Assembly (NCBI GenBank): GCA_030141605.1
Contig: JAQGDQ010001240.1
Location: 1 to 52,961 of the forward strand
Length of the DNA: 52,961 nucleotides
Direction of reading: 5' to 3'
Source: Tubiluchus corallicola
Taxonomy: Eukaryota; Animalia; Priapulida
Translations under genes and position numbers: made by a program
Shown here: piece after piece, positions 35,372-50,771 of the stretch
How positions within the stretch are numbered: the first letter of the stretch is position 1
How the letters are laid out: every line of letters starts with the position of its first letter
Notes under the pieces: model-generated
Told to the model about the DNA's origin: nothing
The model's input: the letters and a program-made list of their open reading frames with translations, nothing else
The model's database searches: none

Positions 35372-38300
35372 GTAAGTTTATCTTAAGTATGTATATTTTT
35401 GCTAGTTTTAGTTTTATGAACATCACGCCTGAAAGAAAGTCAGCATTTTTATATCCTGGGATTCTCCCAGCATTAGCATGTCATGGCGCATTCTCACAGC
35501 ACCACGAGAGCTAAGACGTGATGGAAATGACGAAAACAGTTTGGACCGGGTTGAGACGCTGCACGTAGGAACAACATCCTCAGAGACGTGTCTGGCAGCT
35601 CAGCCCTCCCATGGTGACTGACAGTTGAGCGAACTCTCCAATGTAAAAAGATAAAAAAATCTAGCTAATGAAATCAAGAAATGGCCTTGACTGATTTTCA
35701 AAATGTCGATAAACCATAAATTTAATTTTACGTGTCTGGGTATTTTTCATTTAAAGTGGCTTATATAGCAAACCTTACATTTGACAAGCAATTTAACTTT
35801 ATTTATTTAGTGATCAGAAACATTACACTACATTATACCAGTACGAATTCACAACGACAGTTTTATTAATTTTAATAGAACTGATAACAGTATTATTTGC
35901 ATGCAGAGAGTACAAGTGAGGGCCAAATAAGACACTACTGCAGCTACTTTAAAAAGTAGAATGCGTACAATGTTTTACAGGTTAGGAGAGTTCAACTTTA
36001 TTTCGTTTTCTTTACCGCTTAACGAAGAGAAAATAATAATGGACGCAGAGCAGATTTCTTTGAAGCGGCAATTTTTATTACACTGACTTGGGAGGTGACT
36101 TGTTGTATTTCATATGCTAAATAGTACCCCGAAAAAATAGCACCACTTTTAGTCTTTGATTTGCCCACTGAGGTGAAGCATGCATGCGCTACGGTAACAG
36201 AAAGACCAATCAAACATCATTGCTTTTAGTCTCCACAGCAGCGCGTGCACCAATGCCTTGCACTGATTGTTTCGGATGGTCGCAGGAAGACTACTTATGT
36301 ACGACGGACCGATGCGCTGAAAGTCGCCCTTGCGGTCAGCGCATTTTTTTTCACTTGGAGTTGGGGAAGAATAATTATAGCTAGGGGCAGCGAGACGAAA
36401 TATCTTGACGCTGAAAGTTTTCTAGTTATTTTACGAACAGAGTGAGTGGAAAGGGCGGTTCGGGCCGTGTATAAATGATCTGTAAAATGCGTATTTTTAT
36501 TGTTTTAACGTTAAAATTGCTTTTATATTGAAGCGACTTTCGCTCGTCTGATGATGTAAAAACCGTCTAAAACTGCGTTTCGTATATTTGGTTTCGTAGT
36601 GCGCAGTTAATTATGACGGCATTTTTTTAAGTGCAGCTAAAAGTTACGTTGGTGTCACGTAGTCGTGAACAGGCGTACGGGATTCTTCCCGTTGCCATAA
36701 AACGCTAATTTATGTCAGCCAATCAGTGAGGAGAACATTAATAAGAAAGTTTGCCCGGCTGCGAAAGGGTTATGAACTTTGAGAATTTCGAAAGAGTTGA
36801 AAGTTGCGTGACCTCTGATCCGTTGTGTAGTTGGACACGTAACATTTCGCTGGTGATTCTCACGTACGTGATGTTACTGTTGGTTTAAAACCAGACCGTT
36901 ATCAAGCAGAATGCTCTCGAATGCAGCATCACGATGGATGGAAGCAGCAGTAGACGCTTTGCATGGCTTGGGTTTGTTTTCACATGTAATTCTGCTAGTT
37001 TCTTGCTTCTCACAGTTGCTTTTCTAACTTTTTACAGTGAAACTGCCACTATTTTTAAATAACGTTTTGAAAAGTTTACAGATTTTCAGTTCGCAACAAT
37101 TGTGTTTTCTTTTCTTTTAAAGTTGCTTTTTTAATAATCGCGAAAACTATTTTGACAAGTAATGTTGTTGTATGTTTACTACATGTAAAAGCTAATGCTT
37201 ATATTTTTTGGATCAGTGTTTTCTTATTTCACGAGCACAGAGTTTATTTGAGTTGGGTTGTCTACAAGAAGCTGTCTGTTACAGGGAAGCCCAATTAAGC
37301 AAGAAAACTAAAAATATTATTCAGAAATTAATGTAGATTGTTGTTGCTGAATTAATATGACACCTGGGCAAGCAGATACGAGGAGAAGATGCAAGAGAAG
37401 ATGTAGGTCATCAGTTTGTAAAGGAGACAAAGGAGAGGAGAGAAAGATAAGAGAACAGGTAAGACAGAAAAGGAAAAATGACAGGAAAGGATTGGAGAGC
37501 AAAAAAAGAGAGGAGAAAAGAGGAGAAGAAAGGGGAAAGGAGGGAAAAGGCCGGAGAAAAAGGAGAATCGCAGCTGAGAAAATGAAGTATTAGAAGATAA
37601 GGAATGGAGAGCAAGTGAAAATAATTATTAACATCAGCAAAAGAAATTTCTATGGGTTTTTGATTGTTAGAAATGCACAAATTAGCAATTTTTTAAGCAC
37701 GTTAATTAGACTAATTTTTTGAGCAATAAAATTCGTTTCTGTTAAACTAATTTAGGCATGTGGGGTATAAAGACCAATGACATAGACTGACTTACTGAAA
37801 TTGTCTTTAACTGTTAATTTTGCTTTCGGCTGGTAATCAAAGGATAATCTTCACTAAGCATCTTTGCTCATTTCACTAACTCACGCATCTCACGCATTTG
37901 CTTTGGCACTTTTATTGCAAACGCGTGTAGTCTGTTTTTCGTAGAACTAATTTTTTATGCTTGCCTGCGACCAGTCAGCGTTTGTTTCGAAGTTGATGAT
38001 GGCAACACTGAAACTCGCCGTGGCTGTTGTCGTATGCTCAAGTGTTTGAGTTTGATAGCTTGTGCATGTGACAGCAGCTACGGAGGGTTCCAGCACCGGC
38101 GAGGAAGAAACGTTTCAGGACTTCATCAAATTCAAGACGAAGTTTTTGCTAAAGTTATGGCTTCAATTTCATTTGTAATTTTGGAAATTATTGAGCCTTG
38201 AATATGGAACGTCATTAACTGAAAACGAAGAACAAGAGAAATTGCGTACAAAATGCATTGTACAGATATTGTCCTCGCTTAGCTATTATGTGCAATGCCC

Positions 38301-41300
38301 TTGAAAGTATACTTAGCTTTATTCGTAGTTTTACTTTTTAAATACTTTTTCTATCGTTTACTCTCAGGCACAGCTGTTTGCAGCGACTATTATGCGAGTG
38401 GGTTTTTTTGTTGTTCCTTAATTGCCAACGCCATTTTCTTCATCCGTCCCCCTCAGGGCCAAATTTTCACTCATGGTTACACAGCTAAAGAATGTCTACT
38501 GTCTGCCATTAGCGTACATGTAATAAACCACCGTCTTTTAATATTATGCGGTACATATACTAGACATATCTGCGTCTGTCAGCCTCTAGGCGATAAACAA
38601 TCCGACAAAAATAGCCACAAGTAATATAAACGATTGGAAATGTCGATAATTTTACGTTAAATATGAGAATCATTCTCTTGCATGCCTCTTTGTGTACGTA
38701 GCATGGATTCAGTGGTCTGTTTACATTCGTCTTTATTCTGCCAGTCTTCTTTTGACTAATTATAGTCGTTTCTCGTATTACGAAAGGAAAATGGCCTATA
38801 AATTCACTAAAAATAAAGATTTGTAATGCTTATGCGTCACATTTGCAATCAGTTGTCGAATAAGTGTAAAAATTAGTGTGTCTGCATGTTAAACCCCGTT
38901 CCTTCCATTTTGCTAGAGATTAGTTAAAGTGATTGACCAATAAATGATATCAAATCAAATAAGTTGATTTATAACAAATACGACGTCAGTTTTTTTTTCG
39001 CAAAATACAATGTACGAGAATTAAATTATCACCATTACCCATTAGATGATTCTTTTTTCTTTTTTCTTCATTTATTGCTGTCTTTTTTGTTTTTTCGTTC
39101 GTTCTTTCTGTCAGTCTTTTCTTCTCAATTATTCCTTTTCTTCTTTCTTTACTCTTTCGTTTTTCTTTTATATATTCAATTAAAAATATTAAAATATGAG
39201 ATACAACATATAAAATAAATATATATTTTCTTTGTTTTTTGTTTTTTCCTTTTTTCTTTCTTTTCTATCTTTTTTCTCTTTATTTCAATCTTTCTTTTCT
39301 CGATTTTTCATTTTATTTCATTCACTCATTCATTCTTTCATGCATTCTGTCTCTCTGTCTATCTGTCTCTATCTTTTTCTTTCCGTTTCTTTTCTTTTCT
39401 ATTTTCTTTCCTACTTTCTTGTATAGTCTAACGTTTTTCAATGCCAATTGAATAGTTTTCATGCAATCGCAAGTGTTTTCCTTGTGAATGCAAAGCGAGG
39501 TTCATCCTCAAACAAAATGTTTCTTTATGCAAGCAGTAGTCTTGCTTTTGTTTCCTATTTTTCAATTTTGGTGCTTCATTGGTGGTACTTGTAAAAGTGC
39601 TATTTCTTACCTGTATAATATTACTAAACTTTAAATTTGTATAACTTCTGTACTTACAAAAATAAAACGTTTGTGTGCATGCATTAGTGTCCTGTTAGTC
39701 ATTTTACTTTTTATGTGACTATCCTGTTTTGTTTTCTGTGGCCACATTTTTTATTTTAAGGTTTACTGAAATATATAATGTGATTCATTTCCAATTTTTA
39801 ACGTTACAAAACTTAATTTTCCAACAGTTTGTGTTCTAAAACTTCTCCTTGTTCCACACATACACATATAATTTTAGGTACCGCCCCACATAACGGAAAT
39901 ACAAAAATTCCAAGCCTAGCCCCTGTAAATATCATTGCACGTACTGTGGTTATTTTTTCTATCATGCAGCCCGCCAGCGTCAGTGCACCGCGTCCATCTA
40001 GGCCAAACAGCTCACACCATTAGCCATGGTTATTTTTATCGGCGCTTTTTACCAGATAAATAATACATTTTTGTTGAATTCGCTGCGAGGGAAGGTAGCT
40101 GGAGCATATGCACAATACATACGATGGCCAGGTTCAACGACCCGAGCCTGGCTTCCACGGCGTTCTGGATTATTATCGATTAGTTTGGCCTAGATTCCAC
40201 ATCAGCTGACGACGGGTGAGACGGCTCGTCCTAGCTGTGCAGGGAAAGGTATACAAATTTAATCGAAATAGATTACTTGTTAGAATAGACCTGTTAATAT
40301 TTCAAACGAGGTTTGTTACAAGATTTTTCAAAAAGTCAAAGTGATAGCGGTAACTGTTTAAAATATTGACTGACTAACTGGTCAAATAACGTTTCTCAAT
40401 TTTTGGGTGGTCATGCGAAGTTCAAAAGCAACGTCACTAAAACGACAAAATGTGTAATGTTGCACGTTTAAAATTGTAAAATTATCAACATTGGTATTTT
40501 TGGTCCATTTCAAAATAAAACTGCTACTGTAGTTTTTTTATATTAACTAAAAATTCGATGCGACAATCGTTTTGTGAAAGGAAGACAGGATGAATTTTCA
40601 TATACTGCCCCATTTTCAAGTCTGATAAAAGTATACATTTTAACACAATTAATACTGCAAAAGCGTTTCTGATAATGATATAAAGGATTAAAAACTTAAT
40701 TAACGGCGAGCGAGTCCAACTATTGATGACATCACAAACTAACATAATTTTCAAAAGCACAAATATTCCACTATTCCACGAGCCTGTTGCACGTATTTGC
40801 GAAAGCAAAAATTGAAGTACAGTGCTACTGTAAGATATTCAGTGTGTTGTATTAAAACTAGACAAGTTTTAAGATAAAATTTCAAATTTCAAATTTACCG
40901 CTGTGCTCACCCGTGAGCTGTCGAATGTGTGTAGTTCGTCATAAACTAACACATTTGAATTGAGAGGTACTGCACATTTGTTTTGTGCAATGCGTTTCCG
41001 AAATGTAGTCTAACTAGCGAATGACGGAATGCATGTAACAGCGAAGAACTAATGGCGCGAAGGCGAAATTGTGTTTGTGTGGTAATGATTCTTTCACGTA
41101 AGTCATTTTTGAAAAAATTACATGTTTCCTTTCAATATTTTAAAGAGTAGATTGTTTGGTCTACAGTTTAAGATTGGGGCCGGTTTTGCTTGAAGTTCAA
41201 ATCAGATAATAATTCGCGAAAATGAACTGTTTTTATTTAAAGTTTAATAGTTTAGAACAACTACTAATTCATATTGGACACATTTCGTCATGAAGCCATT

Positions 41301-41739
41301 CTGTTTGGTCGTTAAGTCTTGGCACAGGATGTAAGAAAATCTGCAAAATAAAGACATGTTTTGCAGCAGTTCATCTCAAATTCACTTAATATTTTAGCAT
41401 TTAAATTCTAGTTAGTTGATAAATTTAATAGATGGCTTCATATGTGTTGTTGGCACTGATGGTGACATTGTTGTTCAAATCATATCGCGCCATCTATACA
41501 AGCACGGGAGCTGCACAATACCCCCTTGCTTTTATACAGAGAGGCATACTGCAAGTCAGCAGCCAGCACTCAACGGCAGGCCTACTGAATTTGGATGGTT
41601 AAGGTGGGACCAGAACCTAGCTAACTGTGAAGAATGATCCTTTAAGGTGAAACACTGAACTGGTGGAGACGTGCTAGCCACGTTCGAAATCCTGTCACGG
41701 TCGAAGATGGAAGAATGTCTGGGAGCAGCAACAGCTCAG

Positions 41740-41830
41740 AAGTAATTTTCGTGGCAGTCACCCATCCAGTTATCACCCAGATTCGCGTTTTCTTTAATTC
41801 GGTCGTTGAACGCATCTCAGGTTTGCTTAA
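41740..41830 (-). mobile_element. Degenerate 5S-rRNA-derived sequence (SINE3-like head or 5S pseudogene)
   Basis: GTCACCCATCCAGTTATCACCCAG...TTAATTCGGTCGTTGAACG resembles the reverse complement of the 5S internal control region. Confidence 0.35.
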
Positions 41831-44800
41831 CTTTAACTACCCATGATCATTCAGCTTTTGTTCGAATCGATATACCATTAGTCTTTAAATTCCATATCAG
41901 AAGTTGCATCGATATTAGGAGAAAACCGTTTATTTGAGATGATTTGGCATCACAGTTACATTGAAAAAGTTTTCAGTCAATTATTATTTTAGGCTTTGAC
42001 GAACTGAAAGACCAATCACAGCTGTGGGCTTGCTCCAGAGAACAAGGCTTAGTCATGTTATTAGATACTACAATAATGTACTACAAATATACAGAAAAAA
42101 TTAATTGACTATTGGGTAATTGCCTTACTTTTCAAATCGCCTATCATATGCAATATAAAAAGAAAAGTTTTTTCTGGTTTTTATCTTTACTTTTTCTTTT
42201 ACTTCTTTGTTTCTTTTATTTCTTTTTTTTTTGATTTTGCTCTTGTCTTCGTTTTATTCTTCTTGTGGTCAAAATGGAAACCAAGGCAGGCCAAACTCCA
42301 CCTCGGTTTGCTCTAAAAGGCAGCACGTAGCCATTCTATATCCAGATGTATATTAATCTATAAAAGTCATATGAAAGACGAAACCTACTGAAGGGTGAAT
42401 TGAGAACAAAATGGCGAAAACTGTACTGGGGAATTAAAAATGAAAAAGAAGAATTACTTTTAAACCTTGACTCCAAGCGTGTACTTTGATGATCTAAAAA
42501 CATTGGAGACAACAATCTCAAAAATTTATCTTTTGAGAAAACTAAATTGCCTTCGTATTTGTGATCTAGAATTGTGAGCTAGTTGCGAAACCCCGGTTTT
42601 CCCATCGCGAGCTGATTTATCTATTTATAAAAAAATGATTATCATCACGTTGACTGATTCAGTTGCAAATTCAGGTTGGGGGGGGGGTGTCAAGTGCTAA
42701 AAAGGGCCCACCTCGACCAAAGTTTTGGATACAGTTCTGGTTAATATTAGTTCGCTAGTAAAACAAAGGGTATTACACGTATGTTGTTACTTTTGGTTAG
42801 AGTTTCATATGGCTTTGAAGCTACAGAAAAAACTACGCAGCTTGAATTTGTAAATGGAAACGCTAATAATGTTGCATACAGCTAAAGAATACAATTTGTT
42901 AGGCAACGTAGCTAAAACTGTAACTGTAACCATTAGCCACTTTGCAAAGTAGCTTGTCACCTTGCTGCAGCTACCACTATTTTAATGCCAGTATTATACT
43001 TGGTAACTTATATTACAATACAGTTTAAAATTTAAACAGCACAATGATTTTACGAGTTATACTATTTTACACAAGATTGAATTAAAGTAAATATTTAAAA
43101 TTAATTACATAATGTTGATGCTCAGCAACTTAAAAAGTAGATATACTTTATAACAGTTAAAATTTAACTTCACAAGTAGAAAACCAAAATTGCAATGTAA
43201 GCAAGCAGCTATTACACAGTATACACTGCAGCACTGCACCTGCTATTAAAACTATTACTATGAAATGCAACAGTTATTTTAACTGATCTACAATCCCTTT
43301 TAAAATTAAATGACTCGTATCTGATAGAAGAATGCGATTTTTTATCAAATAATTATAGAAAAACAGTTTTTTTAAAAAATACCGGTGCTAGGTAGGCACG
43401 TTTGACAAGTGGCAAGGGCTTAATTATATAAGGCTTAAAGGGCCCACTCCGGCAACTCGTAAAATTGGGGGGGGGGGGAGGAGGCTCAATGCTCCCCTGC
43501 TTCCTAGAACCCTGGATATATTAAACATCACTTCATATTTTGTCTACACAAAAACTGAACCCGTTCTACAGTATACTAGTAGGATAAAAGCGAATTTTTA
43601 AAGTTCCAGCATTTTATGATACACTACGTAGCATTACTGAGTAACTGAGCATTACCGACAGATGCTGTTGATGTTTATAAATGCGTAGATTTGCCTAGTT
43701 ACATGATTAATGCGAATATAAACGCGCTATTTACACAAATAAATTCCAACTTTTAACATAATTCGTTAATCTCAACGCTCATAAGTTGCTAATTCTGTAA
43801 ATAATTTTAATAAAGATTTGACAAGTTCGATTCTTTCCCCCAGCAGCATACAACAGTAATTTTATTTACTTTAGATGTAAGCGCTTCGATTCTAGAAAAT
43901 CTCCATCCACAAACAAAGTTTTCTTATAAATCACCGTATGTATCACCGATTATTATTATTTTATTATTATTCTGTCTCACGTCACGAGCTGCCTGCTACT
44001 AGTAGATGCTTTTTTAAATAAACTGAATAAAGTCCACGTACTAAAGTAATTTTGTTGCAAATGTTTTACTGCGTTATATGCAGTGCTTTACAATTAGTTT
44101 CACTTGATGTCAGATACAGGCCTAATGTACCAACAACTTTTGTGCCAAAGTGTATAATTCGGCAGCCCATTGTTTACTAAGTTACAGTAAAAATCTAATA
44201 AAATTAGGCACATTGCGTGACTTTATTTTAAAATCAAGACTTTTCGACAAGCACTTGCCATTCTCAATTGACCTGTAAAATAAAATTAGAAAAATATAAT
44301 GTTGTACTCATTGAAAAGTATACAAACTACATATCTGTACATTTTCCCCGTAAATTTGAAATTAAGAAATGCTAAAATACAATCTTTTTAAAAAAATCTA
44401 AAATTTAAAAATTTATAAATAGAAAGAAAAATAAAATTAATAGCAGGTAATATTTTAATTATAATTTCCTTTCCACTCCATAAATGTTAGCCTCTTAAAA
44501 TAATTGCATTGTTGAAAATTTACAGATCTGTAGTTTGTATACTTTTCAATCAGAACAACATTATAATTTGTTAATTTTATTTTACACTAAAATGTCTCTG
44601 AAAATCACATTGAATTTTATAGAAAATTTGGTGGCGATTTATCTCGGATTAATTGATGCCAACTTTCCATTACCACAGAAAAAATTAGTATATAAGCCTA
44701 CCCAGGATAAAATTTAGAGTTTATTTTCTGATTATTCATTGACAGCGTTCCTATATCTATGAGCCGATTACCTGACTACAGTGCACAGATTATGTGACCG

Positions 44801-45404
44801 ATTATCATAAGCTTTTTCAATTGTTTTACGACATAAGCACAGGGCTTATCCCTGATTATCAGTGGGTGACTGTGGGTCTAAGCTTATAACACTCTTTATT
44901 ACGTGCTTTGACGTTGTGTATTGTATACGATTTCGTACTTTACTTACGAAACTTGAACCTGTTAAGCTTCTATCCCCCAACATACCTTCAGGGTTAAAAA
45001 ATCTTCAGCCCCAAATTTCATTGCTTGGCAGATGTTATCTAAGATGTGGGACAGCAGTAAAACGAAAGGATAGACGCGGTAGGATAGAAACCTATACTAC
45101 AAAATGAGTTCTACACCCGTCGCTTGTTGCATGTCCAAGCATTCTTGTAGTTTGTGCGTGTGACAGCGGCTATTGTGGACTCGACAAGCAGCGACAGCGA
45201 CAGCGGACGTAGATCCTGTGTTGTCTCTGCACAAAAGCAGCACAATGATTCTTTCTGATAGTAGAAAGATTGTGCAGTGTATCTATGACTTATAATACAT
45301 ATATTAAAAATTTCTATGACCAAATTTATTCAAGATTCAGTCATCGTACAGTAATTATTATGCTACTTATTGAGCGGCATTATTGTCACCTCTTCTTCGT
45401 AATA

Positions 45405-45512
45405 ACCATCATTTCGCCATATCATTTCCATAGTCGATGATCACCATCATTATTATCAACATGATCATCATCGTTGGCGTCGTCGTTATCGTCATTCTTC
45501 TTCTTCTTCTTC

Positions 45513-45579
<67 letters not shown>

Positions 45580-45645
45580 TGTTATTATCATTATCATCAT
45601 CATCATCATCAGCAGCAGCAGCAGCAGCGGCAGCAGCAGCAGCCC
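45405..45645. repeat. Compound trinucleotide microsatellite (ATC/TTC/ATT/AGC)n
   Basis: Direct inspection. Confidence 0.95.
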
Positions 45646-46329
45646 GACGGCTGCTGTCAAACTACAAAAGTCAGTGAAGATCATCTTGTCAGTCTTATAT
45701 TTAATGTGCTAGTTTTACCAGTGGCTATAGTAGGTTAATGAATCCGCCAAACACACCCTAATTACTGTACAATACAATCCAAGCAGAGCGTTCCTAGCCT
45801 AATCGGTTAAAAAAATACGTGACAAAATGGGCGTAAGATTCGTATGTTTTTGAGAAAGATGCCGCTTGAAGGCCTTTTATTCAGCAAATTCCACTCACAA
45901 AAAGGCTCTTCGGTGTCTAGTTCTAAAATCATCGATGCGGAATATATTTAAACGAGGCGTTGTCGAATGTCGACTGCTGATAATTATGATAAAATAATCC
46001 TCGCCAGCTAAATTTTGTTCTCTATTTTGAGATACAAACTTAAGGGAATGAAAAATTATAAACCGTAAAAATGTTATTACTTGAACTTTTAAATGCAGTA
46101 TACGTGTTATTAACATTTGACATTGAACGCTGCCGCCAACACCACCACTATCACCACCACCACCACCACCACCTCCATGAATACTACTACTACTACTAAG
46201 GCTGCTGCTACGACTACGACGACGACGACTACTAGTAGTTTTTTTTACATTAACGATTTTTTTCACGTTAGGAACACCGTGTCCATGGTATAGTTTTAGG
46301 CTATGTACAGTGTTTAAAATCTGTCCTTG

Positions 46330-46590
46330 ATTCATATTTGCATTTCTGATCATGTAAACATTATAACGTTAGGGAGACAGTCTAAATATGTCATGTTGGA
46401 CCCAGGATAAAAATGTAGGCAAATGTAAATAAGAATGCTGTCCATATTGATTCGAGTAATTAATCAGATCTGTTAACAAATACTGAGTTGTCCTGTATGA
46501 GCCTTTTAGAGAAGGCCTATAATATGAACCTAGTTTACAGTCCAAACTCCAAATGACCAAGTATGATTCATGACATGACATCATTAACTT
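46330..46590 (-). mobile_element. Degraded LINE endonuclease-region fragment
   Basis: VIW...KLGSYYRP resembles the APE-domain 'G..YRP' motif. Confidence 0.3.
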
Positions 46591-49219
46591 CTAATTGAAG
46601 TCTGCGATAGTAATAAAAATTATTTTTGAAAAATTAATGCAAACAATCTATTTTTGGCAATATAAGCTAAATTCAAACTAAACGAATTTTATAGAACGTC
46701 AAAGTGAAAAAAGTGAAACAAATAAACGAATGACGTGAATAAGAAATACTTGCAAAACGTAGGCGAAAAACCAATAGTAGGTCTATACTACGCTGTAATA
46801 CTGCAGCCTAGTAATTATCAGTGTAAGTTACGTTTAACAAGTATTATAAAACAGCTTAAAAGTTGATTTATGTATTCTTAGAAATATATAGAGAAATAGG
46901 TGGACAGACAGATGGAAAAGCAGTCAGGCAGGCAAGTAGGAAGGCAACATGGCTGACATAAGACAAAAAGATTTTAAGCAAAACCATACACAGACGGATA
47001 GACAAAACCATACAGACAGGTAATCAGGCTCAGGCAAACGGGTGGGAGAACAAGCAACCGTTCAGGTGAGTAATCAGGTAATAAAGCCGGTTAAAAGTTT
47101 ATTATTTATTAGATTTAAATAAAAAGTAGCAAAATCATATTTTTCTGTGTCCTATATGGCGTATAGCCTAAATATGCAGCCATTAAAGCTTCGTATCAGA
47201 ATGATGAACAAAAAAGTTGATTAATTAAATTTATGTTTACATGTTTAATTTCAGGAACGGTGGTAGACTGTAAGACATTGGAACAGGAGCACCTGCATTT
47301 TGTGATCCCAATAATTATAATCAATGACTTTGTTTATCTAAACCATTGATCAGTACCATTGAGCAGTACTCAAATGTAGCACTATCTATAAATGATTGTG
47401 AGGCCATAAGAATTCCGTTCATTTTACAATTATCTGCTAGCCAGAGTCATTCTGTCTTTCTCTAAAGTTGGTGCAACCTTAGCTGGATCAACCGTCAGTA
47501 TTTAAATTAGTGCTTTACGAAACGTTTTTTGCACTAATAATTATTCTGAGCATTAGACAGACGTGGCCATATCTATAATAGCAGAGACAGTGTCATCATC
47601 CCTTCTGGAAATGTGAGAAGAAGCCAACGCAGACGCATCACTAATTACTGGGATGAAGCCAGAAATCAATGTAACAGCTTCAAAGCTGTGTCAGCGTACC
47701 TAGAACGTCCAGACACGGGCTGTGCTATCTGCTTTACAACGGGGGTGGGCTGATTGCGAGTTTAAAAATAAATAAATAAATAAGTGAATAAATGGATAAG
47801 TGCATGGATGAATAAATGAACGAGTGAATGAATGGATGGATGGATGGATGAATGATTGAGTGAATAAATGAACGAATGAGTGAACGAGCGAACGAATAAA
47901 CGTAAACCATGCCTATGCTAAAAATCTGAATGTTTAGACACGATAATTATTTCAGATGACGCGTATTATATGTCCCTATTAATATAGCATAAACTGATTC
48001 TGTGTTAGGTGAGACATACTGAATAGGCTGAAGGGAACTTTGGTCGTGTAAATAGTAATTTCTAAACCATTAATGCTTATAAATGTTCACTTTAAATTTG
48101 TTTGTTTGTATTTTACTGTTGGTTATACTGAATGCTCTTTCTTTGCTCACGGTTATTATAGCTAAGGGTTTAGATACGTGGCTGAATGGTCAGCTGGCTG
48201 ACAGACAGACTATTTGTTTATTTACTTAATAAATATCATCACAAGTCATCATATCAGTTAGTTTATTCGTAAAACACCCATCCCACTGAATTCAAATTTT
48301 TACAGGATCTTCCTGCAGACGCCCCTTTTCGACGGGCTTAATTCTGACAAAACGTTACTCAAAAGAAGCTTAAAAAAACCATCACCTATCTCACAGGTGG
48401 AAACTTTGCTCATATTGAACAGAAAATCTCTTTCTTTTCAAAGCAGCTGTTATACAGGTTTCTGGGACGCACATTTTTCTACATCTATGAGTCGCTTATA
48501 ATTGACAGGCCAAATTACTTAGCTCATGATAGGGATGGGTTGAAAAAATGTTTATTACGTACTAATTAAACCGCCTTTTAATTTACTAGTTTAGCTGAAA
48601 AATGCGTCTGATAAAAAGCTACGTTACAATTACGAAAAGGGGATACTAGGAATAGTTCACTCTGCTCCCTCTTACTCACACTTTCGAACTTGCTATCCCC
48701 TTTACTTAGTAATAATGTCCTTGTTGAAAAAAAAAACGCCCGTGGGGATTTGACCCAATCTGCACCCCTTTCAAGGTTTTCTATAATCGGAGGGTGGACA
48801 TGAAGGGGCAGTGAATCTCCAAAGTCCAGCCCGCATTTAAACAAGAAATCAGCTTATGATGAGCTCCTTAAAATGTAGGAAAGATAGTCAACATGAGGGG
48901 CGTGTCTATACTTTGGAGACAACGGATTAAGTTGCCGGGTCACTAGCTGACGGGTGTAGAACCGCCTCGTGTCTACAATGTGCAGATCTGTGCGTATTTA
49001 AAATGTGTCGGCCTAGCCTAGAAAAACCGGCCTGTCCTACTTTGCCTTACCATTAAGCACTGAAGGCTAATCATAGCTAAAATAAGGACGCTGAGAGGAA
49101 ATGCGCTCTTGTAAAAATAAGCGCACGCTAGCCTTCATGCACGTAACTCTTTAAAGTCGACCCACCATTGCGACCAAGATTTCTTTCAAATTCTACGAAC
49201 GAAGTCAAATTAATTTTAA

Positions 49220-50771
49220 CTAGCCAAACCCCACAAAAAGAATTTTGTGCACAAATCAACACACAACCCACACCACACCACTCCACCTCATCACACCACA
49301 CTGCACCACACCATACCACTCCACCTCATCGCACCACACAATACCACCACACCGCACCACACCATACCACCTACACACCACACCACTCACACCATACCAC
49401 TCCACCACATCACACCACACTGCACCACACCATACCACTGCACCACCCACCCGCCTACACACCACACCATACCACTCCACCACATCACACCACATCGCAC
49501 CACACCATACCACTGCAGCACACCGCACCACCCACACACCACACCACCCACACCATACCACTCCACCACATCACACCACACCGCACCACACCATACCACT
49601 GCAGCACACCGCACCACCCAAACACCACACCACACCACCCACACCATACGACTCCACCACATCACACCACACTGCACCACAACACCCACCCACCCACACA
49701 CCACGCCACCCACTCCATACCACACTACCCACCCCACACACCCTATCACCCCACCACACCATCCATAGCACAACACACAAAGCACACCACCACCACACCA
49801 CATCAAATCCACCACCTCACGTGGTGATCATGATGTTGATGATGATGATGGTGGCAACGATGACGACACCTATAGCACAAGCACCAACAGCACAGCATTA
49901 CAACAAAACCATTCCAAACATTTTTCACAAAGTTGAAACTATGTGCTATAATATAATAAATAGCAAAGGCCCCGCAAAAGATTTTGCGTAAAAAACCACG
50001 TGTAATCAATATTACGCGAACATCCTACCTAGTCCACATTTATAACGCAAAGCCCGTAACATCATGCCTACAGTTTGTTTAACTAACGCAAAGCCTGTAG
50101 CAGCTTTTTGCTGAATTAAAGCTATAAGATTATAGACAGAGTACAATGGATGACGTCACAACAATGCCTTTGCGTCAGCCGTTTTCTAAGTGAAAATTGC
50201 CGAAAATAGAACTCCTAACTAACTCGTCGGTACTCCTCTCGGTGGACCTGCCCTAACATATATCCCACATCATCGTGTAGCCCCGTTCTTCCTCTTTCTG
50301 ATGAGCTATATATCTCCTTCCGAGAGTCCCACCGGGCGCCGCTAGAACGTTTTTCCCGCATGCTGTTTGGTCAAAATTTCGAAAAAATCGCGAGTTGGGT
50401 CCGGGAAAACGCCCGTTGCGGGGCGCCCTGGCCCTCTCGGGAATTCTAAATATGCCTACTACACCCACCGCTGAACGGGCTATCTATCCATACCCAGCAC
50501 CCCCCTCGGCCCGTTCCCGTTCTCTACATCTCAGCCGTATAACTTTTGCAAAAAACGGCCGAAAAAGGGCCATTTTTGGAGGTTTTTCGCCCCCCGTTCC
50601 TCCCGGTGGGCCCCATTCGAAAAATAAACCATCAATGAGACGACACTAGATCGAGACCTTTCGTTTGATATATAGATCGCCGCAAATGGTGCCCTCGTCC
50701 GGGCTGTAGCCTCGAATCTTATATATATATAAATAAATATATATATATACCAAGAATATTAATATAAGAGA
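49220..50771 (-). mobile_element. Non-autonomous Helitron unit 1 (1552 bp) with internal CACAC-type satellite
   Basis: On the minus strand: 5' TC, 3' hairpin CACAAAA-TTCT-TTTTGTG, then GGGTTTGG-CTAG followed by host T. Confidence 0.75.

Noticed and set aside
11952-35375. A single provirus bounded by LTRs 11956 and 35371
   Set aside because: Flanks TTTG and GTAA give no TSD; the LTRs are diverged; the interior is a mosaic of copies
37317-39451. Lys/Arg/Glu-rich and Phe/Leu/Ser-rich ORFs
   Set aside because: Translations of purine- or pyrimidine-rich low-complexity tracts
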